A stretch of DNA of 64,000 bases from Rhodospirillaceae bacterium (GCA_019694335.1 JAIBCD010000003.1:16113-80112), one strand, 5' to 3'; shown: positions 46,303 to 56,237, counted from the stretch's first letter. The notes: a model not told the origin generated them from the sequence alone. Numbers and translations: made by a program.

Positions 46303-47397
46303 ATGGCAGAACAAAAATCTCCGCGGTCGCTGGTTTCCGGCATTGTCCTCGGCTTGGCGATCGCGGCCGTGCTGTACGGCGGCGTCTGGTACGCCAGCGC
46401 ACGCCTGCTGCGCGGTGAAGTGGAACGGTGGCTGGAGGCGCGCCGCGCCGAAGGCTTTGCGATTCGCACCGGCGCCATCCTGACGGCGGGCTTTCCCTCC
46501 CGGATCGCGATCCGCGTGACCGACCTGGATTTCGCGGCACCGCCGGCGCGCGGCCGGTGGACCTGGCGGACGCCGGCGGTGGAGGTGACCGCCTCGCCCC
46601 TGCGTCTTGGTCATATCGCCATCGACCTCGCGGGCGCGCATCAAATCGCCGGGCCCTGGCTGGAAAGCGCGCCCGTGCAACTCACCGCCACGAAAGCCGC
46701 GCTCACGCTCGACCTCAAGGACGGCGCACTCGATGAGGCGCAACTGACGCTCGAGGATGGCACCGGCGTCTGGAACGGCGCCGACTCACGCCTGCATACC
46801 GACAAGGCCGGCGTGCGCGTATCGTTGCATCCCGATGCACCACCCCCGGTTGCTCCCGCTTCTGAAAAAAACGGCGGCGCCCTGCCGGTGATCTCGACGC
46901 GGCTGGCCGTGAAGATTGAGAACCTGACCGTGCCCGGCGACCTGCCGCAGCCCTTGAGCAACACCTTGCGCGAGTTGGCCTTCAACGCCGAACTGGTGGG
47001 ACCAGTCGGCGACGGCGCGCTACCCAAACTGCTGGCCACCTGGAGCGATGCGGGCGGCGCGATCAACCTCAAGGATGTCACGCTCGATTGGCCGCCGGTG
47101 GTGCTGTCGGGCGAAGGGTCCATCGCCCTGGATCAGAACCTGCAACCCATGGGCGCCTTCACCGCGCGCATGGCGGGGTTCACCGATGCCCTGGACATCA
47201 TGGTGCGTGAACAGCGCATGCGGCCGGATGAAGCCGCGGTCGCCAAGGCGATGCTGGGCTTGATGGCCAAGCCCGGTCCCGGCGGCCGGGCTGAGATCGG
47301 CATGCCGCTGACGGTACAGGACCGGCAGCTGAGTTCCGGTCCCCTGAAGCTGTTCGAGTTGCCGCGGATCGACTGGCCGCGCGCACCGCCGCCCTAA
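46303..47397 (+). CDS. DUF2125-like membrane-anchored protein
   Basis: 364 aa. The N-terminal TM is followed by ...GGVWYASARLLRGEVERWLEARRAEGFAIRTGAILTAGFPSRIAIRVTDLDF. This matches my recollection of alphaproteobacterial DUF2125 proteins. Confidence 0.6.
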   Translation: MAEQKSPRSLVSGIVLGLAIAAVLYGGVWYASARLLRGEVERWLEARRAEGFAIRTGAILTAGFPSRIAIRVTDLDFAAPPARGRWTWRTPAVEVTASPLRLGHIAIDLAGAHQIAGPWLESAPVQLTATKAALTLDLKDGALDEAQLTLEDGTGVWNGADSRLHTDKAGVRVSLHPDAPPPVAPASEKNGGALPVISTRLAVKIENLTVPGDLPQPLSNTLRELAFNAELVGPVGDGALPKLLATWSDAGGAINLKDVTLDWPPVVLSGEGSIALDQNLQPMGAFTARMAGFTDALDIMVREQRMRPDEAAVAKAMLGLMAKPGPGGRAEIGMPLTVQDRQLSSGPLKLFELPRIDWPRAPPP

Positions 47398-47401
47398 GCG
47401 C

Positions 47402-48055
47402 CTAAAGCTCGTACTTCTCGATCACCCAAGCTTCCGCTTCCGCGTCGGCATACCACTGTTTGACCGCGGGGTGGGCGAGGATCGCATCGGCGTAAGCCTG
47501 CGAGACGGCATCGAGCTTCACGCCGTAAGTCTTGAAGCGCGTCACCACCGGCGCGTACATGGCGTCGGCATTGGAGAACTTGCCGAACAGGAACGGCCCG
47601 CCCTGCCCGAACTTGGCGCGCGCCGCGCCCCACACGGTTTGAACACGGGCGACGTCCTTATCCACCTCGGCGGTGCGTTCGCGGCCCAGAATGGTCCGGC
47701 GTACATTCATCGGCATGGCCGAGCGCAGGTTGGTGAACCCGGCATGCATCTCGGCCGCGATCGCGCGCGCCATGGCGCGCGCGGCACGATCCTCGGGCCA
47801 CCAGGCATGGGACGGCAGCGTGTCGGCGAGATAGTCGAGGATGGCAAGCGATTCCCACACCGTGACCTCGCCATGCTTGAGCACCGGCACCTTGCCGGCG
47901 GCGCTGTACTTGGCGATTTGTTCGGCGGTGTCCGGCTGCTGCAGGCAGATCACGGTTTCCTTGAACGCGACGCCCTGCGCCTTCATCGCCACCCACGGGC
48001 GCATCGACCAGGACGAATAAGCCTTGTTGGCGATGACGAGGTGCAGGTCGGCCAT
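47402..48055 (-). CDS. Glutathione S-transferase
   Basis: 217 aa. LVIANKAYSSWSMRPW is the GST N-terminal thioredoxin-like fold, with a GST_C-like C-terminus. Confidence 0.8.
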   Translation of the reverse strand: MADLHLVIANKAYSSWSMRPWVAMKAQGVAFKETVICLQQPDTAEQIAKYSAAGKVPVLKHGEVTVWESLAILDYLADTLPSHAWWPEDRAARAMARAIAAEMHAGFTNLRSAMPMNVRRTILGRERTAEVDKDVARVQTVWGAARAKFGQGGPFLFGKFSNADAMYAPVVTRFKTYGVKLDAVSQAYADAILAHPAVKQWYADAEAEAWVIEKYEL

Positions 48056-48124
48056 GGGTGACTCCTATGTTTGGTCGCATCTTTACCGGCCGAACCGGCT
48101 TCCCCTTCGGCCCAAAATGCTCCG

Positions 48125-49024
48125 CTAAGCTTGGCGCGCGTCGATGATGCTGCGCCGGACCGCGCGGGTGCGCGTGAACAGGTCTTCCAGGGTCTTGCCG
48201 TCGGCCTTGCGGATCGCCTTCTGCAGCGCCGTCAGATCCTCGGTGAAGCGCTGAAGGATTTCCAGCACCGCCGGACCGTTGGTCAGGAAGATGTCGCGCC
48301 ACATCACCGGGTCGGAGGCGGCGATACGCGTGAAATCGCGGAAACCGGAGGCCGAATACTTGATCACCTCGCGCTTGAGGTCGCCTTCCAGATCGGTGGC
48401 GGTGCCGACGATGGTGTAGGCGATCAGGTGCGGCAGGTGCGAGGTGATGGCCAGCACCATGTCGTGATGGTCGGGCTCCATGATGTCGACCTTGGCGCCG
48501 ATGCGGCGCCACAGCTCGGCGACCTTCGCGGCCGCCTTGGGCGAAGTGCCCGGCGGCGGCGTCAGGATGCTCCAGCGGTTCTGGAACAGCTCCGCGAACC
48601 CGGCTTCGGGGCCCGAGTGTTCGGTGCCGGCGATGGGATGTCCCGGAACGAAATGCACGGCCTTGGGCAGATGGGGCATTACCGAAGCGATCACGTCCTT
48701 CTTCACCGAACCGGTGTCGGTGAGGATGGCGCCAGGCTTGAGGTGCGGCGCGATGGCCTTGGCGATGGCGGCGTAGCTGCGCACGGGCGTGGCGATCACC
48801 ACGAGGTCCGCGCCCTTCACTGCCTTGCCGGCGTCCTTGAACGCTTCGTTGACGATGCCGAGATCGAGCGCGGTTTTGCGCGCCTTCGGGTTGCTGTCGC
48901 AGCAGACGATCGCGTCCGCGGCCCTGGCCCGGCGAATCGCGAGGGCCATCGAGGCGCCGATCAAGCCGATGCCGATGAACGCAACCCGGCTGAACAGCGG
49001 CTTTTGCGCTTTTTCCTTTGGCAC
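48125..49024 (-). CDS. tyrC: Prephenate/arogenate (cyclohexadienyl) dehydrogenase
   Basis: Rossmann motif VAFIGIGLIGASMA and HPIAG. I place the start at GTG 49024 (VPKEKAQKPLFSR...). The track start at 49078 (also GTG) would translate through the hairpin element at 49022-49066 and overlap hisC. Confidence 0.75.
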   Translation of the reverse strand: MPKEKAQKPLFSRVAFIGIGLIGASMALAIRRARAADAIVCCDSNPKARKTALDLGIVNEAFKDAGKAVKGADLVVIATPVRSYAAIAKAIAPHLKPGAILTDTGSVKKDVIASVMPHLPKAVHFVPGHPIAGTEHSGPEAGFAELFQNRWSILTPPPGTSPKAAAKVAELWRRIGAKVDIMEPDHHDMVLAITSHLPHLIAYTIVGTATDLEGDLKREVIKYSASGFRDFTRIAASDPVMWRDIFLTNGPAVLEILQRFTEDLTALQKAIRKADGKTLEDLFTRTRAVRRSIIDARQA

Positions 49025-49066
49025 GCGTCCGGACGCAAAACCGGGGGCCACTTTTGCTGGACGCGC
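49022..49066. repeat. 45-nt imperfect-palindrome (REP-like) element, copy B
   Basis: CACGCGTCCGGACGCAAAACCGGGGGCCACTTTTGCTGGACGCGC. The stems are CGCGTCC/GGACGCG and GCAAAA/TTTTGC. It ends 1 nt from the TAG stop (49068-49070) of hisC. Confidence 0.8.
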
Positions 49067-49067
49067 G

Positions 49068-50159
49068 CTAGCCACCACGCTTGCTCATGAATTCGGCGAG
49101 CGCATCGAGGGTAATGCCCATCTCTTCCTCGGTGCCGAGGGTGATGCGCAAATGATCGGGCAGGCCGTATCCATCCACGCGCCGCGCCAGGATGCCTTTG
49201 GACTGCAGGAAGGTATCGGCTTCGGGCACCAGGCCTTTCGGGAATTCGGGCAACACGAAGTTGCCGTGACTGTCCTGCACCTTAAGCCCGATGCCGCGCA
49301 GGCGCTGCAGCACTACTTTCATCATCTTGGTGTTATGCGCGCGCTGCTTCGCCACATGGGCCTGATCGGTGAGCGCGGCGATACCGGCCGCCTGGGCGGG
49401 GCGTGAAACGTTGAACGGCGAACGGATCCGCTGCAACGCGCCGATGATCGCCGCCGGGCCGAACGCCCAGCCGAGGCGCAAGGCCGCCAGGCCATAGATC
49501 TTGGAGAACGTGCGCAAGGTGATGGTGTTGGGAGTGGTGGAGGCGAGCTTGGTGCCCGGCTCGTAATCGGGCGCTTCCACGTATTCGGCGTAGGCGTCGT
49601 CCACGACCAGCAGGATGTCCTCGCGCAAGGACGCGCGCAGCCGGTTCACCTCGGACGCCGGGATATAGGTGCCGGTGGGATTGTTGGGATTGGCGAGGAA
49701 CACCACCCGGGTCTTGTCGGTCACCGCCGCGAGCAGCGCGTCCACGTCGGCGGTGAGATCGCGCACCGGCGCCGCCACGGGCGTGGCGCCCACGCTCTTG
49801 GTGGAAATCTCGTACATGAGGAAGCCGTAGCGGGGATAGAGCACCTCGTCCCCGGGCCCGGCGAACGCGCGACAGGTCAGCAGGATCAGCTCGTCCGAAC
49901 CCGCGCCGCAAATGACGCGGTCGGGATCGAGCCCGTTCGCCTTGCCGATGGCGTCCCGCAGATCGGCGGCATCGCCCTCGGGGTAGCGCTCCAGGCTGCG
50001 CGCGATGTCGTCATAAGCCGCCGTGGCCTTCGGGCTAGGACCGAGGGCGGCTTCGTTGGACGAGAGCTTGATGATGCGGCTGGCCCCCTGCACCACCGAT
50101 TTACCCGGAACATAGATGGGCAGCGTCATCACTTGCGGCTTGGGCTGAGGCAGCGGCAT
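49068..50159 (-). CDS. hisC: Histidinol-phosphate/aromatic aminotransferase
   Basis: Trimmed to MPLPQPKPQVMTLPIYVPGKS at 50159, preceded by AAGGAAG. KLSSNEAALGPSP is typical of HisC. The start could also be 50189. Confidence 0.8.
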   Translation of the reverse strand: MPLPQPKPQVMTLPIYVPGKSVVQGASRIIKLSSNEAALGPSPKATAAYDDIARSLERYPEGDAADLRDAIGKANGLDPDRVICGAGSDELILLTCRAFAGPGDEVLYPRYGFLMYEISTKSVGATPVAAPVRDLTADVDALLAAVTDKTRVVFLANPNNPTGTYIPASEVNRLRASLREDILLVVDDAYAEYVEAPDYEPGTKLASTTPNTITLRTFSKIYGLAALRLGWAFGPAAIIGALQRIRSPFNVSRPAQAAGIAALTDQAHVAKQRAHNTKMMKVVLQRLRGIGLKVQDSHGNFVLPEFPKGLVPEADTFLQSKGILARRVDGYGLPDHLRITLGTEEEMGITLDALAEFMSKRGG

Positions 50160-50312
50160 CGGGCTTCCTTTGAAAGGGGTCCGAGTCATAGTGGGCCACC
50201 CCCCCAAAATCAAAGAAAACGTTGACATGGGCATGGCCGGGAGGTGTCTTGGCCCCTATATCCGCGCAGGCCCTTTTATGGGCCGCCACAGGCCTTTAGC
50301 CGAGACCCGACG

Positions 50313-51482
50313 ATGCCACCCGAGAGCCCCGCCGCCCGCGAGACGTTAGGAGTCGCCCATAACGGGATCGCCCTGACGGAGCCGCTCGTCCTGCAGTCAG
50401 GCGTGACCCTGGCGGGCGTCACCGTGGCCTATCAGACCTGGGGCACGCTCAACGCCGACAAGTCGAACGGGGTGCTGGTATGCCACGCCCTCACCGGCGA
50501 CCAGTATGTGATCGGCACGCATCCGGTCACGGGCAAGCCGGGCTGGTGGAACGACCTGGTGGGGCCGGGGAAGATCATCGATACGGACCGGTTCTTCGTG
50601 ATCTGCGCCAATGTGCTCGGCGGCTGCATGGGGTCCACGGGGCCGAAGGACATCAACCCCGCCACCGGCAAGGCATGGGGTCTTTCGTTCCCGGTCATCA
50701 CCATCCCCGACATGGTCCAGGCCCAGGCCAAGCTGCTGGATCACCTCGGCGTGCGCCGGCTGTTCTGCGTCATCGGCGGTTCGATGGGTGCGATGCAGGT
50801 GCTGGAATGGGCGCACCGCTATCCGGAGCGCGTATTCGCCGCCGTGCCGATCGCCGGCTCATACCGTCACTCCGCCCAGAACATCGCGTTCCACGAAGTC
50901 GGCCGCCAGGCGATCATGGCCGACCCCGACTGGTGCCAGGGCGCCTATGCCGACGAAGGCAAGATCCCCAAGCGCGGCCTCGCGGTTGCGCGCATGGCGG
51001 CGCACATCACTTACCTTTCGGAAACCGCGCTGCACCGCAAGTTCGGCCGCCGCCTGCAGGACCGCGACGCGCTGACTTACGGCTTCGATGCCGACTTCCA
51101 GGTGGAAAGCTACCTGCGCCACCAGGGCTACACCTTCGTCGACCGCTTTGACGCCAACTCCTACCTCTACATCACGCGCGCCATGGATTACTTCGACCTG
51201 GCGGCGGAGAACAACGGCGTGCTGGCCGAAGCCTTCACCGGCACCAAGGTGCGTTTCTGCCTGATTTCGTTCTCCTCCGACTGGCTGTTCCCGACGGTGG
51301 AAAGCCGCGCCATCGTGCGCGCCCTCAACGCCGTGGCGGCGAACGTCAGTTTCGTCGAAGTGGTCTCGGACAAAGGCCACGACGCCTTTCTGCTCGACGA
51401 GCCCGAGTTTCATCAGACATTGCAAGGCTTCATCGACGGCTCCGCCGATGCGCACGGATTGCCGGCGCGGAGAAAGCCATGA
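50313..51482 (+). CDS. metX: Homoserine O-acyltransferase (MetX)
   Basis: Trimmed to MPPESPA at 50313. It has the alpha/beta-hydrolase nucleophile [12 protein letters not shown] and is followed by metW. Confidence 0.85.
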   Translation: MPPESPAARETLGVAHNGIALTEPLVLQSGVTLAGVTVAYQTWGTLNADKSNGVLVCHALTGDQYVIGTHPVTGKPGWWNDLVGPGKIIDTDRFFVICANVLGGCMGSTGPKDINPATGKAWGLSFPVITIPDMVQAQAKLLDHLGVRRLFCVIGGSMGAMQVLEWAHRYPERVFAAVPIAGSYRHSAQNIAFHEVGRQAIMADPDWCQGAYADEGKIPKRGLAVARMAAHITYLSETALHRKFGRRLQDRDALTYGFDADFQVESYLRHQGYTFVDRFDANSYLYITRAMDYFDLAAENNGVLAEAFTGTKVRFCLISFSSDWLFPTVESRAIVRALNAVAANVSFVEVVSDKGHDAFLLDEPEFHQTLQGFIDGSADAHGLPARRKP

Positions 51483-52108
51483 GTGAACAGAAGACCGGCG
51501 CCCCGCGCATTCGCGTAGACCTGCAACAGGTCGCCGACCTCGTGCCGCCGGGATCGCGCGTGCTCGACATCGGCTGCGGCGACGGCACGCTGCTGGCCTA
51601 TCTCACCGCGTTCAAGAAAGTGGATGGACGCGGCCTGGAACTGTCCATGGCGCGGGTGCGCGCCGCGGTCAGCCAGGGCCTGCCGGTGATCCAGGGCAAC
51701 CTGGAAAACGATCTCAAGGACTATCCCGCCGGCGCCTTCGACTACGCCATCCTCAGCCAGACCCTGCAGGCGACCCACAACCCCGCCGCCGTGGTCGAGG
51801 ACATGTTGCGCATCGCGCGCCGGGCGATCGTGTCGTTTCCCAACTTCGGCCATTGGCAGGTGCGGATGTCGGTGATGTTCGGCGGCCGCATGCCGGTGAC
51901 GCCGACCTTGGCGGACTCGTGGTTCGACACGCCCAACATCCATCTGTGCACGATCCTGGATTTCATCGACCTGTGCCGCGCCATGGGCGTGCGCATCGAG
52001 GAGAGCTTCGCGCTCGACGGCGCCGGGCGTAAACGCGACTTCGCAGCCACCAGCGGGATCGCCAACCTGCTCAGCGAGCAGGCGCTATTCGTGCTCGCCC
52101 GCGGCTGA
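51479..52108 (+). CDS. metW: Methionine biosynthesis protein MetW
   Basis: 209 aa, [12 protein letters not shown]...[12 protein letters not shown]...SFPNFGHW. The ATGA overlaps metX. Confidence 0.85.
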   Translation: MSEQKTGAPRIRVDLQQVADLVPPGSRVLDIGCGDGTLLAYLTAFKKVDGRGLELSMARVRAAVSQGLPVIQGNLENDLKDYPAGAFDYAILSQTLQATHNPAAVVEDMLRIARRAIVSFPNFGHWQVRMSVMFGGRMPVTPTLADSWFDTPNIHLCTILDFIDLCRAMGVRIEESFALDGAGRKRDFAATSGIANLLSEQALFVLARG

Positions 52109-52846
52109 ACTCGCCGAGTTGCGCACGCCGTTGCCGGCGGGCCGCACCAACCCCTTGACCCGCGCCGTGGCCGGCGTGCCCGCGAACGGCGCCGCGTAGA
52201 TCTGCTTTTCCGCCTCCACCACCACCACGCCGGCGAAGGTCGGGAACCAGCGCGCGCCCAGATTCTCGATGCCGGTCGCCCAGGTGCCGAACAGCCGCCA
52301 CCACACCGGCGGCACGAACAAAGCCGTCGCGGTCTGCAACGGCACGAACAGGTTGTCGCGCAAAAGGCGCGTGATCTGGCCCATGGAGTAAGGCCGGCCG
52401 TGAGCGAAGGGCGCGTTCTCGGCGCGGGCCCACAGGCCGCGGCGGTTGGCCACCACCACCAGCAGCCGCCCGCCGTCCGCCAGCACGCGCCAGCATTCGC
52501 GCAGGAACGGGCGCAACTGGTCGCTGCCTTCCAGGCAATGCATCAGGATCAGCCGATCCATGGAGCGGTCCGGGAACGGCAAGGCATCCTCGGCCGACAG
52601 CGCCACCAAGCCCGGCGCGCCTTCGGGCCAGTGCACGACCCCCTGCCCGTCGGGCATCACCGCCACCACCCGTTCGGCCTCGCCCTGGAACAGCCCCAGG
52701 AAAGGCACCGCGAAGCCCACCCCCAGCACCCGCCGCCCCGCCACACTGGGCCAAATGGCGCGCAACCGGCGCGCAATCAGGCGGCGCACCAGCCGCCCCA
52801 TCGGGCTGCCGTAAAAGTCCCTCAGATCGACGATATCGGCCCACAT
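52085..52846 (-). CDS. Class I SAM-dependent methyltransferase (type 11-like)
   Basis: 253 aa, ...RRVLGVGFAVPFL..., DRLILMHCLE and LADGGRLLVVVANR. Its 3' end overlaps metW by 24 nt in convergent orientation. Confidence 0.65.
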   Translation of the reverse strand: MWADIVDLRDFYGSPMGRLVRRLIARRLRAIWPSVAGRRVLGVGFAVPFLGLFQGEAERVVAVMPDGQGVVHWPEGAPGLVALSAEDALPFPDRSMDRLILMHCLEGSDQLRPFLRECWRVLADGGRLLVVVANRRGLWARAENAPFAHGRPYSMGQITRLLRDNLFVPLQTATALFVPPVWWRLFGTWATGIENLGARWFPTFAGVVVVEAEKQIYAAPFAGTPATARVKGLVRPAGNGVRNSASSAAGEHE

Positions 52847-53086
52847 GAGAGATATCCTAGCGAGCCCCGCCGGAACGCGCCGGGACGCGGCGTAAAATTA
52901 ACGTAACTCATTGAAATATATCTATTCACGTTTGGACATCCAGGCCCAATCCGAGGATACTGCAGCCGGGGTCCGGAATGGTTAATCCGGTGCGAATGCG
53001 GGCGGAATGCGTTACTTTTGCGGGCCGCCGGTCAACTATTCGTAGAGTGCCGGCTGCGACCGGGGGCTAAGGGGTAGATTTCCAAG

Positions 53087-53869
53087 ATGGATTGGCGTCG
53101 GCGTTTAAAGCGCGGGTTCTCCCTGATCGAAATGGCCATCGTTTTGACGGTCATCGGGATCATCTTGTCGGGCGGTCTTCTGGCGGTGGCGCCGGTCCTG
53201 GAAAGCAGCAAAGGCAATGAGACCAATGCCAAGCTGGACCGTATCGAGCAGGCGCTGACTCTTTACGTCATTCGCTATGGCTGCCTGCCCTGTCCCGCGG
53301 AACCTGGCATCGCGAGCGGCACCGCGAATGCGGGCCAGTCTCATGGCGCTGCTTACTATAGCAGCGGCTGCACGACGGCCTGTGACGCGACGACCGTCGC
53401 GACGCAGGGCATCGTGCCGTGGGTGACTTTAGGCCTGTCGGAAGAAGAAGGGCGGGACGGGTATGGATACCGCATCGACTATGCGGTGACCGCTGCCCTT
53501 GTCGCCACCAATGGCATGGTACGGACCCCGCCCGCGACCTATCCCGCCGGTACGCTTGCTGTTGCCGTGTCGGCCGCAAATGATGCCACCGCGATCGCGA
53601 CCCGAACGAAGGTTTCGTCGACGGCGGCCTATGTCCTGATCAGCCATGGCGTCGATCACAGCCTAGCCTGGAACGTGGCTGGGAAGCAGCTTCCAGATCC
53701 GAATTCGGGGCCCGATCAGACCGAAAATTCCAATGGAACGCCGTTCGTACAGGATACGCCGGTCAAGAATGCCGGCACCTACACCTATTTCGACGACATT
53801 GTGCGCTTCCGCACGGCGCCGATGATCATCCAGTTGTGCGGCACAAACGCATGCGGCAACCCGGCCTAA
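53087..53869 (+). CDS. Prepilin-type N-terminal cleavage/methylation domain protein (large pilin or pseudopilin, 260 aa)
   Basis: The class III signal is MDWRRRLKRG|FSLIEMAIVLTVIGIILSGG, with Glu at +5 and a hydrophobic alpha-1 helix. There are three Cys pairs: CLPC, CTTAC and CGTNAC. Confidence 0.75.
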   Translation: MDWRRRLKRGFSLIEMAIVLTVIGIILSGGLLAVAPVLESSKGNETNAKLDRIEQALTLYVIRYGCLPCPAEPGIASGTANAGQSHGAAYYSSGCTTACDATTVATQGIVPWVTLGLSEEEGRDGYGYRIDYAVTAALVATNGMVRTPPATYPAGTLAVAVSAANDATAIATRTKVSSTAAYVLISHGVDHSLAWNVAGKQLPDPNSGPDQTENSNGTPFVQDTPVKNAGTYTYFDDIVRFRTAPMIIQLCGTNACGNPA

Positions 53870-53899
53870 CCGGACAAGGGTTCTTGGGGGATATTGGGA

Positions 53900-55057
53900 A
53901 TGATCCTGCAATCCATCGGCAGACTTGGCTTGGCCTGTGCGGTCCTGGCAGGTTTCGCCCACGACGCCGCGGCGCAGATCGAGGTGCCGGAAGAATGCCT
54001 CCGCGCGCTGCAGACCTATGAGCGCAGCTACCAAATTCCCCAAGGCCTGACGACGGCGATTTCGTTGGCCGAGGCCGGCCGCCCGATGGGCCCCAACGGC
54101 CGGCGCTTGCCGTGGCCATGGACGATCAACATCAACGGTCAGGGCCGGTTCTTCGATACCAAAGAGCAAGCCGTGGCTGAAGCCCGCAAACAGCTCGATG
54201 CGGGCCAACGCTCGATCGATGTCGGCTGCATGCAGGTGAACCTGCGCTATCATCCCACCGCCTTCCGCACCCTCGACGACGCCTTCGATCCCGCGACCAA
54301 CGTCGCCTACGGCAGCAAGTTCCTGGCCTCGCTGCACACGGTGCAGGGATCATGGGAAAAGGCCGTCGAGCGTTACCACTCCTCCGACGACAACCGCCGC
54401 GAAGATTACCGCGACAAGGTGATGGCGTTGTGGAACGGCGAGGTCCGTACCCTGGTCATGGATGCCGTGCAGGCGGAGAACACCAACACGCCGTACCACC
54501 GCGCCCTCAATGCCTTTGCCGCGGGCGAGTACACCGATGCCCTGGAAAAATACCAGGCGATCGTCGCGAGCAACCCCAAGGACCGGCTCGGACTGCTCGG
54601 CGTCGCCATGACGTATGAGAAAATGGGCCAGGCCGGGGATGCCGATAAGGCCTACGGCCGCTACATCGCGGCCCAGCCGGACGACCCGGCGGTGCTCGCG
54701 GACCGGATCAAGGCCGCCAGGGCGCTCCCGCCGGCGGAAGCGCGCGCGCGCCTTGAGGCCCTGGCCAAAGCCGGTGTTTCCGAATCCGAGCTGTTCGCCG
54801 CCTTGTCCGAGGTGCTCGCGGCAACGGGCGACAACGAGGCGGCTTTGTCCTATGCCGAAAAGGCGGTCAAGGGCGCGCCGTCGGTGGTTCTCTACCAGCT
54901 CAACGCCGCGATCCTGGCGGACCGCCTGAAGCAGCCGGCGGTTGCCGTGCGCTATTACGAGAACTTCCTGGCCCGCGCCGAACGGCAGCCGGCCCTCATT
55001 GAAGTATCGATCGCGGAAATACGCAATCGCGTGGAGTTTCTGCGCGCACGGATGTAA
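53900..55057 (+). CDS. Specialised lytic transglycosylase (SLT, IagB/VirB1-like) fused to TPR repeats
   Basis: It has a signal peptide (MILQSIGRLGLACAVLAGFAHDAAAQ). The SLT motifs are AISLAEAG (catalytic Glu context) and IDVGCMQVNLRYH. The C-terminal half is TPR-like (YTDALEKYQAIVASNPKD..., YIAAQPDDP...). Confidence 0.7.
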   Translation: MILQSIGRLGLACAVLAGFAHDAAAQIEVPEECLRALQTYERSYQIPQGLTTAISLAEAGRPMGPNGRRLPWPWTININGQGRFFDTKEQAVAEARKQLDAGQRSIDVGCMQVNLRYHPTAFRTLDDAFDPATNVAYGSKFLASLHTVQGSWEKAVERYHSSDDNRREDYRDKVMALWNGEVRTLVMDAVQAENTNTPYHRALNAFAAGEYTDALEKYQAIVASNPKDRLGLLGVAMTYEKMGQAGDADKAYGRYIAAQPDDPAVLADRIKAARALPPAEARARLEALAKAGVSESELFAALSEVLAATGDNEAALSYAEKAVKGAPSVVLYQLNAAILADRLKQPAVAVRYYENFLARAERQPALIEVSIAEIRNRVEFLRARM

Positions 55058-55094
55058 CACATAAGAACACGCGACCAAAAAACGGGGTGGGGAC

Positions 55095-56237
55095 ATGGAA
55101 ATCACGGAACTTCTGGCATTCGCGCAAAAGAACAAGGCCTCCGACCTGCATCTCGTGGGCGGCAAGGAACCGATGGTGCGCATCGACGGCGGATTGAAGC
55201 CGATCAAGACCGGCGACCTCTCGGCCGATACCGTCAAGAACATGCTGTACTCGGTCATGACCGAGGAGCAACGCTCGGAATACGAAAACGAGAAGGAAAT
55301 CGACTTCGCGATCGCGTTCGGCGCGGAATCGCGCTTTCGCGTCAATGCCTATACCACCGCCACCGGCTCGGCCGCGGCGTTCCGTGAAATCCCCACCAAG
55401 ATCCCCTCGCTGGAACAGCTCAACGCGCCCGCGATCTTCAAGGAATTCGCCCAGATCGAGCGCGGACTGGTGCTGGTGACCGGCCCGACCGGATCGGGCA
55501 AGTCCACGACGCTGTCGGCGATGATCAACTGGATGAACGAGAACACCGACAACCACATTCTCACCGTCGAGGATCCGGTGGAATTCGTCCACGGCAAAAA
55601 GCGCGCGCTGATCAACCACCGCGAAGTCGGCAAGCACACCAAGTCCTTCGCCCGCGCGCTCAAGAGCGCCTTGCGCGAAGATCCCGACGTGATCCTGGTC
55701 GGGGAAATGCGCGACCACGAAACCATTTCACTGGCCCTGACCGCGGCGGAAACCGGCCACCTTGTCATGGGGACGCTGCATACCAGTTCCGCGGCCAAGA
55801 CCGTGGATCGCATCATCGACGTGTTCCCGTCCGGCGATAAGGAAATGGTCCGCGCCATGGTGGCGGGCTCGCTGCAGGCGGTGATCAGCCAGGTGCTCCT
55901 CAGGCGCAAGGGCGGCGGCCGCGCCGCGGCGCACGAAATCATGGTGGGCACCTCGGCGGTGCGCAACCTGATCCGCGAGAACAAGATTCCGCAGATCTAT
56001 TCGATGATCCAGGTCGGCCAGCGCTATGGCATGCAGACCATGGACGATTCCATCAAGCGCCTGGTCGAGCAGGGCGTCGTCGACCCCGAGGAAGCTTCCG
56101 CGATGAACGCCAAACTCAACGACAGCGGGCCGTCGACGACCGGCGGCGGCGAAGCCGCGCCTGCGCCCCGGCCCGCCGCACCGCAGGCATCGCAGCCGGC
56201 GGCAGCGCCCGCCGCGAAGTCGCGCTCGATCTTCTAA
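55095..56237 (+). CDS. pilT: PilT-type pilus retraction ATPase
   Basis: 380 aa with Walker A GPTGSGKST, Asp box VEDPVEF, Walker B DVILVGEMRD, His box TGHLVMGTLHT and PilT signature AVRNLIRENK. A Pro/Ala-rich C-terminal tail of about 35 aa is an extra. Confidence 0.85.
   Translation: MEITELLAFAQKNKASDLHLVGGKEPMVRIDGGLKPIKTGDLSADTVKNMLYSVMTEEQRSEYENEKEIDFAIAFGAESRFRVNAYTTATGSAAAFREIPTKIPSLEQLNAPAIFKEFAQIERGLVLVTGPTGSGKSTTLSAMINWMNENTDNHILTVEDPVEFVHGKKRALINHREVGKHTKSFARALKSALREDPDVILVGEMRDHETISLALTAAETGHLVMGTLHTSSAAKTVDRIIDVFPSGDKEMVRAMVAGSLQAVISQVLLRRKGGGRAAAHEIMVGTSAVRNLIRENKIPQIYSMIQVGQRYGMQTMDDSIKRLVEQGVVDPEEASAMNAKLNDSGPSTTGGGEAAPAPRPAAPQASQPAAAPAAKSRSIF

Noticed and set aside
50190-50312. 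Possible SAM-II riboswitch upstream of metX
   Set aside because: I see no GAUUU...AAAGCU-type arrangement or terminator. The spacer is short and shared with the divergent hisC promoter region.
52990-53086. Sigma-54 (GG-N10-GC) promoter in front of the prepilin-like gene
   Set aside because: The best candidate, GGAATGCGTTACTTTTGC, has the wrong GG-to-GC spacing. No TGGCAC-N5-TTGC match was found by eye.
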